The position numbers and the translations under genes are program-made. The notes below the pieces were generated by a model. The model was not told where the DNA came from. It did no database searches and worked only from the letters and a program-made list of their open reading frames with translations. A stretch of 60,188 nt of DNA from an uncultured Bacillota bacterium (GTDB lineage Bacteria > Bacillota_I > Bacilli_A > RF39 > UBA660), in the NCBI GenBank assembly GCA_946541645.1, contig CAMNJS010000002.1, positions 1 to 60,188 on the forward strand. The letters run 5' to 3'. Positions 18,411-26,940 of the stretch are shown here, in pieces; positions within the stretch are counted from its first letter, which is position 1, and every line of letters begins with the position of its first letter.

Positions 18411-19040
18411 ATGAAAAAATACATGGACAAGTTACGAAGTAAGATATATTTTAATAAAAATCTTTTTGTTTTTTTACTAGTTTTAGTTTTAGTTGGGGTA
18501 GGGGCAGGCGCATTGCTTTCACTTATACTTAGTGATAGTGATAAGAAATTGGTTTCAGATTATCTTAATCAGTTTATGGTTAGTGTTTCTAATAAAAATT
18601 TTAATTTTAACGTTTCTTTTTTTAATACATTAATTTTTACATTAGGCTATGCATTAATAATATGGGTTTTCGGGATTTCTATTGTTGGCATTCTGTTTGT
18701 AATCCCTTTTTTATTTATAAAGTCTTTTGTATTAGGATTTAGTGTAGGTAGTATTTTACTTAATTTTAAATTTAGGGGAATATTAATTTCTTTAATATAT
18801 ATTATTCCTCATCATGTGATTAATATTTTAATATATATTTTGATTTCAGCTTATTCAATTATGATTTCTTATAGATTATTTGATAGTATGAAAGGAAAGA
18901 AAAAGTTTGACTTTAAGCTTTTTATGAATAAATATTTTTTTATTTTAATCTTTTCATTAATTATTTTGTTTTTTAGTTCATTATATGAAGTTTTTGTTCT
19001 TCCACAAATAATGAGTTTTGTAGTTAATTTAATAAAATGA
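18411..19040 (+). CDS. spoIIM: Stage II sporulation protein M
   Basis: 209 aa with about 5 TM segments. The size and N-terminal pattern ([22 protein letters not shown]...[10 protein letters not shown]) are typical of SpoIIM. Confidence 0.7.
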   Translation: MKKYMDKLRSKIYFNKNLFVFLLVLVLVGVGAGALLSLILSDSDKKLVSDYLNQFMVSVSNKNFNFNVSFFNTLIFTLGYALIIWVFGISIVGILFVIPFLFIKSFVLGFSVGSILLNFKFRGILISLIYIIPHHVINILIYILISAYSIMISYRLFDSMKGKKKFDFKLFMNKYFFILIFSLIILFFSSLYEVFVLPQIMSFVVNLIK

Positions 19041-19087
19041 TAGATTTTCTGTCGTTTTTTTTGTATAATATCTTCGGAGGAATTTAT

Positions 19088-20173
19088 ATGGCAAAAGTAG
19101 TTGTTGGTATGAGTGGTGGTGTTGATAGTAGCGTTGCTGCTATTAAACTATTGAATGAAGGCTACGAAGTAGTCGGTCTTTTTATGCGTAATTGGGATAG
19201 TACCATAAATAATGATATACTTGGAAATCCAAATGATTTAAATGATATATGTCCTCAGGAAAAAGATTATAATGATGCTTTAAGCGTTTGTAATAAACTT
19301 AATATCCCGCTTTATAGAATAGATTTTGTAAAGGAATATTGGGATTATGTGTTTACTTATTTTTTGGATGAACTTAAAAAGGGGAGAACGCCTAATCCTG
19401 ATATTATGTGCAATAAATATATTAAGTTTGATATGTTTGCAAAAAAAGCCAAAGAACTAGGGGCTGATTTTATAGCTACGGGTCATTATGCGCGAATTAA
19501 GGATGGTAAATTATTAAGGGGAATTGACTCTAACAAAGATCAAACTTATTTTTTATCACAGGTTTCTAAAGAACAGTTTTCAAATGTTTTGTTTCCAATT
19601 GGCGATATGACTAAGAATGAAGTTAGAAAAATTGCTGATGAATATGATCTTATTACTGCTTCTAAAAAAGATTCAACAGGTATATGTTTTATTGGAGAAC
19701 GTAATTTTAAAGAATTTTTAACTAATTATTTGCCTAATAATCCTGGTAATATTGTAAATATAGATACAAATGAAATTTTAGGAAAACATAGTGGCCTTAT
19801 GTATTATACAATTGGTCAAAGGCGTGGACTTAACATTGGCGGAACTAAAGAAAGAATGTTTGTTGTTTCTAAAGATTTAAAAGATAATATATTATATGTT
19901 GCAGCTGGAGATGAAAATAAGTATTTGCTTAGTTATGCTTGTGAAATTGAGGACGTTAATCTTCTTGATGATTTACCTACTAAATGTACTGCTAAATTTA
20001 GATATAGACAAAAAGATAATGATGTTTTTACTGAAAGACTTGCTAACGGCAATTTACTTATAAAATATTCTCAAGGTGTAAAAGCGGTTACCGAAGGCCA
20101 GGCCTGCGTTTTGTATGATGGTGATGAGTGTTTGGGCGGTGGAATTATTAAAACTATTTTTAAAGAAAAATAG
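19088..20173 (+). CDS. mnmA: tRNA 2-thiouridine(34) synthase MnmA
   Basis: [17 protein letters not shown]-loop, [21 protein letters not shown] and [16 protein letters not shown] at 19076-19081 favours ATG 19088 over the ATG 19037 that overlaps the spoIIM stop. Confidence 0.9.
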   Translation: MAKVVVGMSGGVDSSVAAIKLLNEGYEVVGLFMRNWDSTINNDILGNPNDLNDICPQEKDYNDALSVCNKLNIPLYRIDFVKEYWDYVFTYFLDELKKGRTPNPDIMCNKYIKFDMFAKKAKELGADFIATGHYARIKDGKLLRGIDSNKDQTYFLSQVSKEQFSNVLFPIGDMTKNEVRKIADEYDLITASKKDSTGICFIGERNFKEFLTNYLPNNPGNIVNIDTNEILGKHSGLMYYTIGQRRGLNIGGTKERMFVVSKDLKDNILYVAAGDENKYLLSYACEIEDVNLLDDLPTKCTAKFRYRQKDNDVFTERLANGNLLIKYSQGVKAVTEGQACVLYDGDECLGGGIIKTIFKEK

Positions 20174-20205
20174 TTTTAATAATTTTTACAATCTTAATTT
20201 TTGAA

Positions 20206-20241
20206 TTTACATTTTACTTTACATTTTACTTGACATTTTTT
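20206..20241 (+). repeat. 12-bp tandem repeat x3 (tttacattttac, tttacattttac, ttgacatttttt) overlapping the -35 of the HTH gene promoter
   Basis: Read directly from the sequence. The third, degenerate unit supplies TTGACA. Confidence 0.8.
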
Positions 20242-20258
20242 CTTTGTTTATATAAAAT
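20230..20258 (+). promoter_or_regulatory. Sigma-A-type promoter (TTGACA - 17 nt - TAAAAT) of the HTH gene
   Basis: TTGACA at 20230-20235 and TAAAAT at 20253-20258. Confidence 0.55.
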
Positions 20259-20280
20259 TATAGTAGGAGGGTAGAGGTAA

Positions 20281-21063
20281 ATGGAAAGGTTAAATGAAAT
20301 TTTAAGAGAATTAGGTATTTCAAAGGTTAAACTAGCCAAATGTTTAGGCGTATCTAGACAAATGATATATAATTATTTAGAACTTGATGACCTTAATAAA
20401 TGGCCAAAAGATAAAAAAGTTATTTTATTAAATATATTAGGAATCAAAACACCTGAGGAACTACTTAATATTAAAGTTGATACTGATTATATTATGGATG
20501 TTGAAATGCGCATTAATAGTTTATTTGATAATTCTAGTAAAAGTGATGTCTCTGCTGATAATGCTATTTTTAGTGGCTTAGGAATAAAACAAAAAGATTT
20601 ACTTCATAATATTATTAGTGAGGTTAAAGAACGACTTGAAGATGAGCAGGATGATTCAGCATATAATTCTATGCTTTATTTATATCATTATTTACAAACT
20701 ATGGAGAGTTCTAAGGAGTTAAAATATATTTTAGCTTATATGTCTAAGGCAGCAGGTTATACAAAACCATACGAATTTGCTTTTGACGAGACTGATCAGT
20801 TTATTTTTGAAAGTATCTTATTTTCGGCCATGTCTTTATATAATAGCGGCACAGCTAGCAAGTCAAAAATTGCAGCCACACATAAACGTTTTGTAGACCA
20901 AATTGAGCAAAAACTAGAAGAAAAAATGAGTCGTACGTTAGAAATTAATTCTGCTAAGGTTCAAGCAATGAGGGAACTTGGGTATACTGAAATAAATGAG
21001 GATAATGCAGCTGAGATTTTAGCTAAAATTGTCGAAATCCAATCCAGAAAAGTAAATGGATAA
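20281..21063 (+). CDS. XRE-type helix-turn-helix protein with an uncharacterised ~200-aa C-terminal domain
   Basis: The N-terminal LNEILRELGISKVKLAKCLGVSRQMIYNYL is an HTH. The remainder has no motif I recognise. Strong RBS (AGGAGGG) and a near-consensus promoter lie upstream. Confidence 0.6.
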   Translation: MERLNEILRELGISKVKLAKCLGVSRQMIYNYLELDDLNKWPKDKKVILLNILGIKTPEELLNIKVDTDYIMDVEMRINSLFDNSSKSDVSADNAIFSGLGIKQKDLLHNIISEVKERLEDEQDDSAYNSMLYLYHYLQTMESSKELKYILAYMSKAAGYTKPYEFAFDETDQFIFESILFSAMSLYNSGTASKSKIAATHKRFVDQIEQKLEEKMSRTLEINSAKVQAMRELGYTEINEDNAAEILAKIVEIQSRKVNG

Positions 21064-21110
21064 AAATCCTATAATATATATTATGTTAACTTCTATGTTT
21101 TAAATATTTT

Positions 21111-21137
21111 GTGGGCGCTTCTCTGCTCACTTTTTTT
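21111..21137 (+). terminator. Terminator after the HTH gene
   Basis: gtgggc-gcttctct-gctcac followed by ttttttt. Confidence 0.5.
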
Positions 21138-21439
21138 ATTTACTACTTCTTTTCATATTTATATATTTTATTAAAATGCGTCATAGACTGATAAAATTAA
21201 ATTTTAATACTAATACATATATTCAATTTATTATTTTTATTAATATTATAATGTTTTATATGTTTTTCATATATAATACTTCCCCTATTTTACTTTTTAT
21301 ATGAAGGTAGTAGATGGGCGATGCATTTTAAGCAATCGAGAAACGATTAGGTGTATATTTATTTGCCTTAATTTAAAATATAATTGTTTTTATATTATTA
21401 TATATTTTTTGTTTTTAATTAAAATATAGTATAATTTAT

Positions 21440-21649
21440 TTGCAATATGGTGGGTGCTTTGAAGTCTCTACCCTATTTTATTTAAAGAGGGGATTTAAGT
21501 ATATTTTATTATTAATTGAGCTTAATGATTCTAGTCACAATGATATTCAAAGAAGAAAGCGTGATATTAAGGTTCGCGAGATTTGTGAAAAAGCTGGAAT
21601 TAGGATAATTACTTTTTATACTAATAGGCTAATGATGAGGAATTTATAA
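21440..21649 (+). pseudogene. Truncated DUF2726-family remnant (C-terminal third only)
   Basis: ILLLIELNDSSHNDIQRRKRDIKVREICEKAGIRIITF matches the conserved IELDDxSH...R..RD...L..AGIP core of DUF2726. The N-terminal two-thirds are absent. There is no RBS, and it starts at TTG inside a 640-bp AT-rich gap. Confidence 0.55.
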
Positions 21650-21701
21650 TAAAATGCATTACTGAATGTTTAAATGATAAATTTAATTTATAGGCATTTT
21701 C

Positions 21702-22439
21702 TTATTTCATTAGATTAATGCTTATATACATGAAAACAGTTCCTATTATGAAGAAAACTATTGTTTTCTTTTTTTCTTTGTATTTTAAGGATTTCGGTAA
21801 TAATTCAATTAATGATAGATAACTCATTATTCCAGTTATTATTCCTAAAATAAGGCCTATTATTTTATTTACAAATATCCCTTTTAAAAATAAAATGGCA
21901 AATATTGCTCCAAGGGGTTCTGATAGTGCGGAAATCAGTGTAAGTAAAATGCCTTTTCTTTTATTTTTTGATCCATAATATATTGGTATCATTATGCTTA
22001 TTCCTTCTGGTATATTATGTAATGCAATAGCTATGGCCATTGATAGACCTAATTTAATATTTATTGATGCTGATAGATATGTTACAATTCCTTCTGGGAT
22101 ATTATGAGCGATTATAGCAAATAGCGAAAGAACCCCTACTCTATACAATTCGTTACCATTTTTGTTTAAAAGTTTATCAATAATGAACGGAATTAACATC
22201 CCGACTATTATTGATGTTATTAAATATATGAATAATAAGTTTTTATCATATGTTTTGCTTAATAAGCTAATACTTTCTGGTATTAAATCCATAATAGACA
22301 TGCATAACATTACGCCTGCGGCAAATGCCAATGAATACTTTATTAGTTTTTCTTCATCTATTTTTATATAAATAAATAAGATTCCTATTAAAGTTGATAG
22401 TCCGGCTATAATTGATAGTATAAGTGGAAAATAGTTCAT
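21702..22439 (-). CDS. zupT: ZIP-family zinc/divalent metal transporter (ZupT-like)
   Basis: Two HNIPEG motifs (AHNIPEGIV, LHNIPEGIS), about 8 TM segments, 245 aa. Confidence 0.85.
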   Translation of the reverse strand: MNYFPLILSIIAGLSTLIGILFIYIKIDEEKLIKYSLAFAAGVMLCMSIMDLIPESISLLSKTYDKNLLFIYLITSIIVGMLIPFIIDKLLNKNGNELYRVGVLSLFAIIAHNIPEGIVTYLSASINIKLGLSMAIAIALHNIPEGISIMIPIYYGSKNKRKGILLTLISALSEPLGAIFAILFLKGIFVNKIIGLILGIITGIMSYLSLIELLPKSLKYKEKKKTIVFFIIGTVFMYISINLMK

Positions 22440-22494
22440 ATACTCACCTATTTTAGATTATGACGCAAAATAAAAAGTATGTTATACATACTTT

Positions 22495-23325
22495 TTATAT
22501 AGTAACTATTTCTAATAATAATCCTGATATTACCCCTATCATGTATAATATGCTTATAATTTTGATGTTTTCTTTTAAATTTTCATTTGATTTAAATAAA
22601 ATGATAAGTGCTACTCCACTATTGGTGAGTAATCCGGCAATACTTTGAGCTAATGTTAATACGTTATTTAAATATAATTCGGTTATTATGACGCTGGCAC
22701 CGCAGTTTGGTATTAATCCTATTAGACTTGAAATAAATGGAGTTAATATATTATTATGATTGAAAATAGTTTTTATGCTGTCTTCCCCAATATAATAGAA
22801 ACAAGCATTTAAAATAAAGGTTATTATTAGTATAAAAACTGTTGTTTTTATTGTATGTGTGGCTGCAGATTTTATAAAATTGTTTTCACAATCACAGTGA
22901 TCGTGTTTACATATATTATAGTTTTCTTTTTGTTTATTTTTTATAAATAGATCTATTATAAATCCACTTAGCATTCCGATGATAATCTTTATTGTAATAA
23001 TTAGTAATATATCTTTAATTGGAGCTTTTTCAGCCATCATTATTAGAAGCATTTCGTCACTTGTTGATAAATATATTGAAATAAGGGTTCCGAGGCTTAT
23101 TATTCTTGTCACGTATAAATTGGTAGCCATGACGGAGAAACCGCATTGTGGTATGACGCCTAGTATACTACCTAAAATTGGCCCAAATTTTCCTGCTTTT
23201 TTTATTATGCTTGTACTTTTGTGATTTATTTTGTGCTCGGTATATTCGATAATTAAAAATGCAATAAATAAAAATGGAATTATCTTTAGTATGTCTATTA
23301 TGGTATCGTTTATTATTTCTAACAT
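22495..23325 (-). CDS. Putative 10-TM metal-ion permease (ArsP_2 / 'putative manganese transporter' family)
   Basis: Two internally similar halves each contain IPQCGFSV / IPNCGASV. The central loop CKHDHCDCENN is Cys/His-rich. Confidence 0.55.
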   Translation of the reverse strand: MLEIINDTIIDILKIIPFLFIAFLIIEYTEHKINHKSTSIIKKAGKFGPILGSILGVIPQCGFSVMATNLYVTRIISLGTLISIYLSTSDEMLLIMMAEKAPIKDILLIITIKIIIGMLSGFIIDLFIKNKQKENYNICKHDHCDCENNFIKSAATHTIKTTVFILIITFILNACFYYIGEDSIKTIFNHNNILTPFISSLIGLIPNCGASVIITELYLNNVLTLAQSIAGLLTNSGVALIILFKSNENLKENIKIISILYMIGVISGLLLEIVTI

Positions 23326-23371
23326 TATTTCACGTCCTTTAATACTTTTATATTATACCATATTTTTTATG

Positions 23372-24250
23372 TTATTTTCCGTGGGGATGGTATTGTTCAT
23401 AATTTTTTTGTAATTTTTCGTTTGTAATGTGAGTGTATATTTGTGTTGATGATATATCACTGTGCCCCAGAAGCTCTTGAATACTTCTTAAATCTGCCCC
23501 ATGTTTTAAGAGATGCGTTGCAAATGAATGCCTCAGAGTATGTGGCGAAAATTCTGTTTTTATATTTTTTTCGTTGGCTATTTTTTTTATTATTTTGAAA
23601 AATCCTTGCCTAGTCATTTTGTTTCCGTGATTATTTAAAAATAAGTAGTCATTTTCTCCATGTTTAAATAGTTCTTTTCTGTGATTTTCTACATATATTT
23701 TTATAGCGTCTGTAGCGTAATCGTTTAGTGGCACTATTCTTTCTTTAGCTCCTTTACCAAATATTCTAACAGCTTCATTTTCTAAATCTACATCATTTAC
23801 TTTTAAATTTATTAGCTCACTTACTCTGAGACCACTACTATACATCAATTCTAGCATGGCTTTATTTCTATAATCAAAGTTATCATTTAGTTTTATGTCT
23901 AGTAGTTTATTAATTTCTTCTTCATTTAATACTTTTGGAAGCGATTTTTTTATTTTTGGGTTAGTAATAGTTTCCATTATATTTTTGTCAATTTCTTTAT
24001 TTAGTTTTAGGTATTTATAAAAACTTTTTAGTGTACTGATATTTCTAGAGACACTTCTAGTGTCAAGACTTTCATTTAAATATTTTATATAATTTTCTAT
24101 GTCGTTTTTGTTAAGAATCATTTTATTGCCCGAAAAATTTTTAAATTTGTTTAAATCTTTTTCATATGAGGTTATGGTATTAGTGCTATATTTTTTTTCA
24201 AATAGTAAATAGTTTATAAATTTTTCTATGTACTTTTCCACGTGCATCAC
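23372..24250 (-). CDS. xerD: Tyrosine site-specific recombinase XerD/XerC family (likely housekeeping XerD)
   Basis: N-terminal SAM-like domain (NTITSYEKDLNKF). Catalytic motifs are GLRVSEL, HTLRHSFATHLL and LLGHSDISSTQIYTH. The exact start is uncertain (GTG 24250, ATG 24247 or GTG 24241). Confidence 0.7.
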   Translation of the reverse strand: MMHVEKYIEKFINYLLFEKKYSTNTITSYEKDLNKFKNFSGNKMILNKNDIENYIKYLNESLDTRSVSRNISTLKSFYKYLKLNKEIDKNIMETITNPKIKKSLPKVLNEEEINKLLDIKLNDNFDYRNKAMLELMYSSGLRVSELINLKVNDVDLENEAVRIFGKGAKERIVPLNDYATDAIKIYVENHRKELFKHGENDYLFLNNHGNKMTRQGFFKIIKKIANEKNIKTEFSPHTLRHSFATHLLKHGADLRSIQELLGHSDISSTQIYTHITNEKLQKNYEQYHPHGK

Positions 24251-24301
24251 CTATTTTATTTTATCAAATCTTTTCCTTTAAATAAAGTTTTTTATACTTT
24301 G

Positions 24302-24310
24302 TGATATAAT
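24302..24310 (+). promoter_or_regulatory. Extended -10 (TGaTATAAT) upstream of rarA
   Basis: gtgatataat lies 19 nt upstream of ATG 24329. Confidence 0.35.
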
Positions 24311-24328
24311 ATTTTATGGGTGATATTT

Positions 24329-25531
24329 ATGAGACCTCTTGCAGATACGTTAAGACCACAAAAACTTGATGACGTGGTTGGTCAAAAACATTTAATTGGT
24401 AATGGAAAAATTATTAGAAATTTAGTCAATAATGGTAAACTTTTTTCTATGGTTTTGTATGGGCCCTGTGGTACTGGAAAGACTACTCTTGCTTATGCGA
24501 TTGTAAATGAGCTTGGGCTAAAATATGAGTTTTTAAATGCTGTTATTAATAGTAAAAAAGACTTAGATGAGGTTATTTCTAAAGCTAAGGATAACGATGG
24601 TTTAGTTCTTATTATGGACGAAATTCACCGTTTAAATAAGGATAAACAAGATTTACTACTTCCCTATTTGGAAAATGGAATAATTACTTTAATTGGTCTT
24701 ACGACTGCTAATCCTTATCATTCAATTAATCCGGCTATTAGAAGTAGATGTCAATTATTTGAAGTAAAGCTTCTTTCTCTTGGTGATATTATTATGGCTT
24801 TAAAAAATGCTACTAGTAGCTTAAAAAATATTAAAATTAGCGATGAGTCTATTAATTATATTGCTTCATTAGCTGGCGGTGATTTAAGGTATGCGTATAA
24901 TTTTTTAGAAGTAGCTTATTATGCTTCTGATGATCATAATATAACTTTAGATATTTTAAAAACTATAAATAATAAGCCAAGCTTATATATTGATAAAAAT
25001 GATGATGGATATTATGATGTTATAAGTGCTTTACAAAAGTCTATTAGGGGCAGTGATGTTAATGCTTCTCTTCATTATTTGGCTAGATTACTTGTGGCAG
25101 AGGATCTTGATATTATTTTCCGAAGACTTTCAGTAATTGCTTATGAAGATATTGGTCTTGCTAATCCGGCGATAGGCCCTAGACTGGAGGCTGCTATTAA
25201 AGCTGCTGAAAGAGTTGGTCTTCCTGAAGCTAGGATTCCTCTTGGCGAAATTGTTGTTGATATGGCTTTATCCCCTAAAAGTAATAGTAGTTATATGGCG
25301 CTTTCTTCGGCTATTAATGATGTTGAGATGGGTAATGTTGGGAAAGTTCCTAATCATTTGAAGACAAATTCTAAGGATTATAAATATCCTCATAATTATA
25401 AGGGTAGTTTTGTTAAGCAACAATATCTTCCAGATAATTTGATTGGGAGGAAGTATTATACTCCTAAACTTACTAGCAAATATGAAATGAATTTAAAAAC
25501 TATTTATGATAAAATTAATAGTAATTTGTAA
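24329..25531 (+). CDS. rarA: Replication-associated recombination protein A (RarA/MgsA AAA+ ATPase)
   Basis: RPLADTLRPQKLDDVVGQKHL, Walker A GPCGTGKTT, Walker B IMDEIHR, and the C-terminal MgsA domain (ISALQKSIRGSD, YLARLL). Confidence 0.9.
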   Translation: MRPLADTLRPQKLDDVVGQKHLIGNGKIIRNLVNNGKLFSMVLYGPCGTGKTTLAYAIVNELGLKYEFLNAVINSKKDLDEVISKAKDNDGLVLIMDEIHRLNKDKQDLLLPYLENGIITLIGLTTANPYHSINPAIRSRCQLFEVKLLSLGDIIMALKNATSSLKNIKISDESINYIASLAGGDLRYAYNFLEVAYYASDDHNITLDILKTINNKPSLYIDKNDDGYYDVISALQKSIRGSDVNASLHYLARLLVAEDLDIIFRRLSVIAYEDIGLANPAIGPRLEAAIKAAERVGLPEARIPLGEIVVDMALSPKSNSSYMALSSAINDVEMGNVGKVPNHLKTNSKDYKYPHNYKGSFVKQQYLPDNLIGRKYYTPKLTSKYEMNLKTIYDKINSNL

Positions 25532-25534
25532 TAT

Positions 25535-25561
25535 AAAAAAGTATATTTGATATACTTTTTT
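25535..25561. terminator. Bidirectional terminator between rarA and holA
   Basis: aaaaaagtata-tttga-tatactttttt. Confidence 0.65.
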
Positions 25562-26483
25562 ATGCTTTTAGAATGAATAATTCTAGAGCTAAGTCTTTAT
25601 TTACTTTTCCTGTTTTAATGTCTAAATCCATTTTTGCCAAATTATCTATAAATTCTAATAATGTTTTTGAGCTATATTCGCGACTATTTTGAATGGCTAG
25701 TTTTACTCTATATGGGTGTATTTGGAGGGTACTTGCTATATCTTTTTCGCTATATCCTTTTTGCATAAGTTTTTTTGATTGGTACATTATTCTAAATTGG
25801 TTTGCAAGCATTATTATAATTTTCAAAGGTTCTTCATTTATTTTTAGCATGTCATGGTATATTTCTATAGCTTTTTCTTTGTCTTTTCTTACTATACTGT
25901 CAATTAGTTTAAAGATATCTATTTCAATTGTTTTGCTTGTTATATTTAATATATCTTGCTTGGTTATATTTTTGTCTTCACCTTTGTATAGTTTTATTTT
26001 ATTTATTTCGTTTTTGATTATTAGAGGATTATTGCCTACTCTATCTAGTAGTAATTTTGTGCATGCATAATCTATATTATAATTTTTAAGTAGTTCTTTC
26101 ACTAAACTATCGGTATTTATTTCACTATTAAATTCTAGTATTTTACCGGTTTTGACAATTAACTTGGTTATTTTTTTTCTGGAATCTATTTTTTCATTAT
26201 GTACGATGAATATTAGGGTTGTTTCGGGATTTATATTGTTTAAATATTTTTCGATTATTTCGCTATCTTTATTAGTTTGCCCAGTGAACATTAGGGCATT
26301 TTCGGCTATAACAAATTTAGAATTATCAAATAATGAGTATGTTTCACAGTCATCAATAACGTCTTTTATATTTGCGGTTGTAAGGTCATATTTACTAATA
26401 TTTAATTTATCTACTTTGTTTGTTATTTTTTTTACTTCGTTATCTATTTCGAAATCTGCTTTTCCGTATAGTAAATATACCAT
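25560..26483 (-). CDS. holA: DNA polymerase III delta subunit
   Basis: About 307 aa with VYLLYGKADFEI at the N-terminus and typical delta-subunit length and helical C-terminal domain. The assignment is by pattern and size. Confidence 0.65.
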   Translation of the reverse strand: MVYLLYGKADFEIDNEVKKITNKVDKLNISKYDLTTANIKDVIDDCETYSLFDNSKFVIAENALMFTGQTNKDSEIIEKYLNNINPETTLIFIVHNEKIDSRKKITKLIVKTGKILEFNSEINTDSLVKELLKNYNIDYACTKLLLDRVGNNPLIIKNEINKIKLYKGEDKNITKQDILNITSKTIEIDIFKLIDSIVRKDKEKAIEIYHDMLKINEEPLKIIIMLANQFRIMYQSKKLMQKGYSEKDIASTLQIHPYRVKLAIQNSREYSSKTLLEFIDNLAKMDLDIKTGKVNKDLALELFILKA

Positions 26484-26529
26484 TTTTATCACCGATTATA
26501 TTATATCAAAAAAATTATTAAAAAAAAAC

Positions 26530-26898
26530 TTATACCGTTTTTTTGGGATAAGTTTTAATTTTTATTTGTTGTTTTATGTTTTGTGCTTTAAATTGCGCGA
26601 AATTGCCATTTGCCTTATATATCCTTCCAGATGGTTTTCCTAGAGTAAATGGCCTCATTCTTGTTAATTGATTTTTTAATGTTGTTTCATTAGTATATAT
26701 GTCAGCTAGGTGAATAATGTTTGGTTTATTTTCTATTATAAATTTATCTAATTCCTCTTGTTTATCTTTATCTAAATGGTCAATATTTTTAATATATGAA
26801 TAAAATTTTTCGCATGTTTTATAGTCATAACGATCATTTAAAATATAAGATTGTAGTGCTTCTCTTGCAGTTTTTACATATTCTATTATGCTATTCAT
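26530..26898 (-). CDS. Hypothetical 122-aa protein with a basic C-terminus
   Basis: GGGGGAG lies 5 nt upstream of ATG 26898 (MNSIIEYVK...). No family recognised. Confidence 0.5.
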   Translation of the reverse strand: MNSIIEYVKTAREALQSYILNDRYDYKTCEKFYSYIKNIDHLDKDKQEELDKFIIENKPNIIHLADIYTNETTLKNQLTRMRPFTLGKPSGRIYKANGNFAQFKAQNIKQQIKIKTYPKKTV

Positions 26899-26940
26899 GA
26901 TACTCCCCCCATTCATGAACATTAATATTATAGACTTATT

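Noticed and set aside
19037-19087. 17-codon N-terminal extension of MnmA starting at an ATG overlapping the spoIIM stop.
   Set aside because: The extension ([17 protein letters not shown]) is not part of the conserved MnmA N-terminus. A GGAGGA RBS sits correctly spaced before ATG 19088.
21176-21304. 42-codon ORF (MRHRLIKLNFNT...) and other short frames in the 21064-21439 AT-rich gap.
   Set aside because: It has no RBS and an extremely AT-biased, low-complexity translation. It is most likely non-coding spacer or decayed DNA.
23372-24250. Tyrosine recombinase as a possible integrase marking a mobile element.
   Set aside because: The size (~290 aa), the XerD-type motifs, the neighbouring housekeeping genes (rarA, spoIIM region) and the absence of flanking direct repeats or cargo genes all argue for the chromosomal dimer-resolution recombinase.
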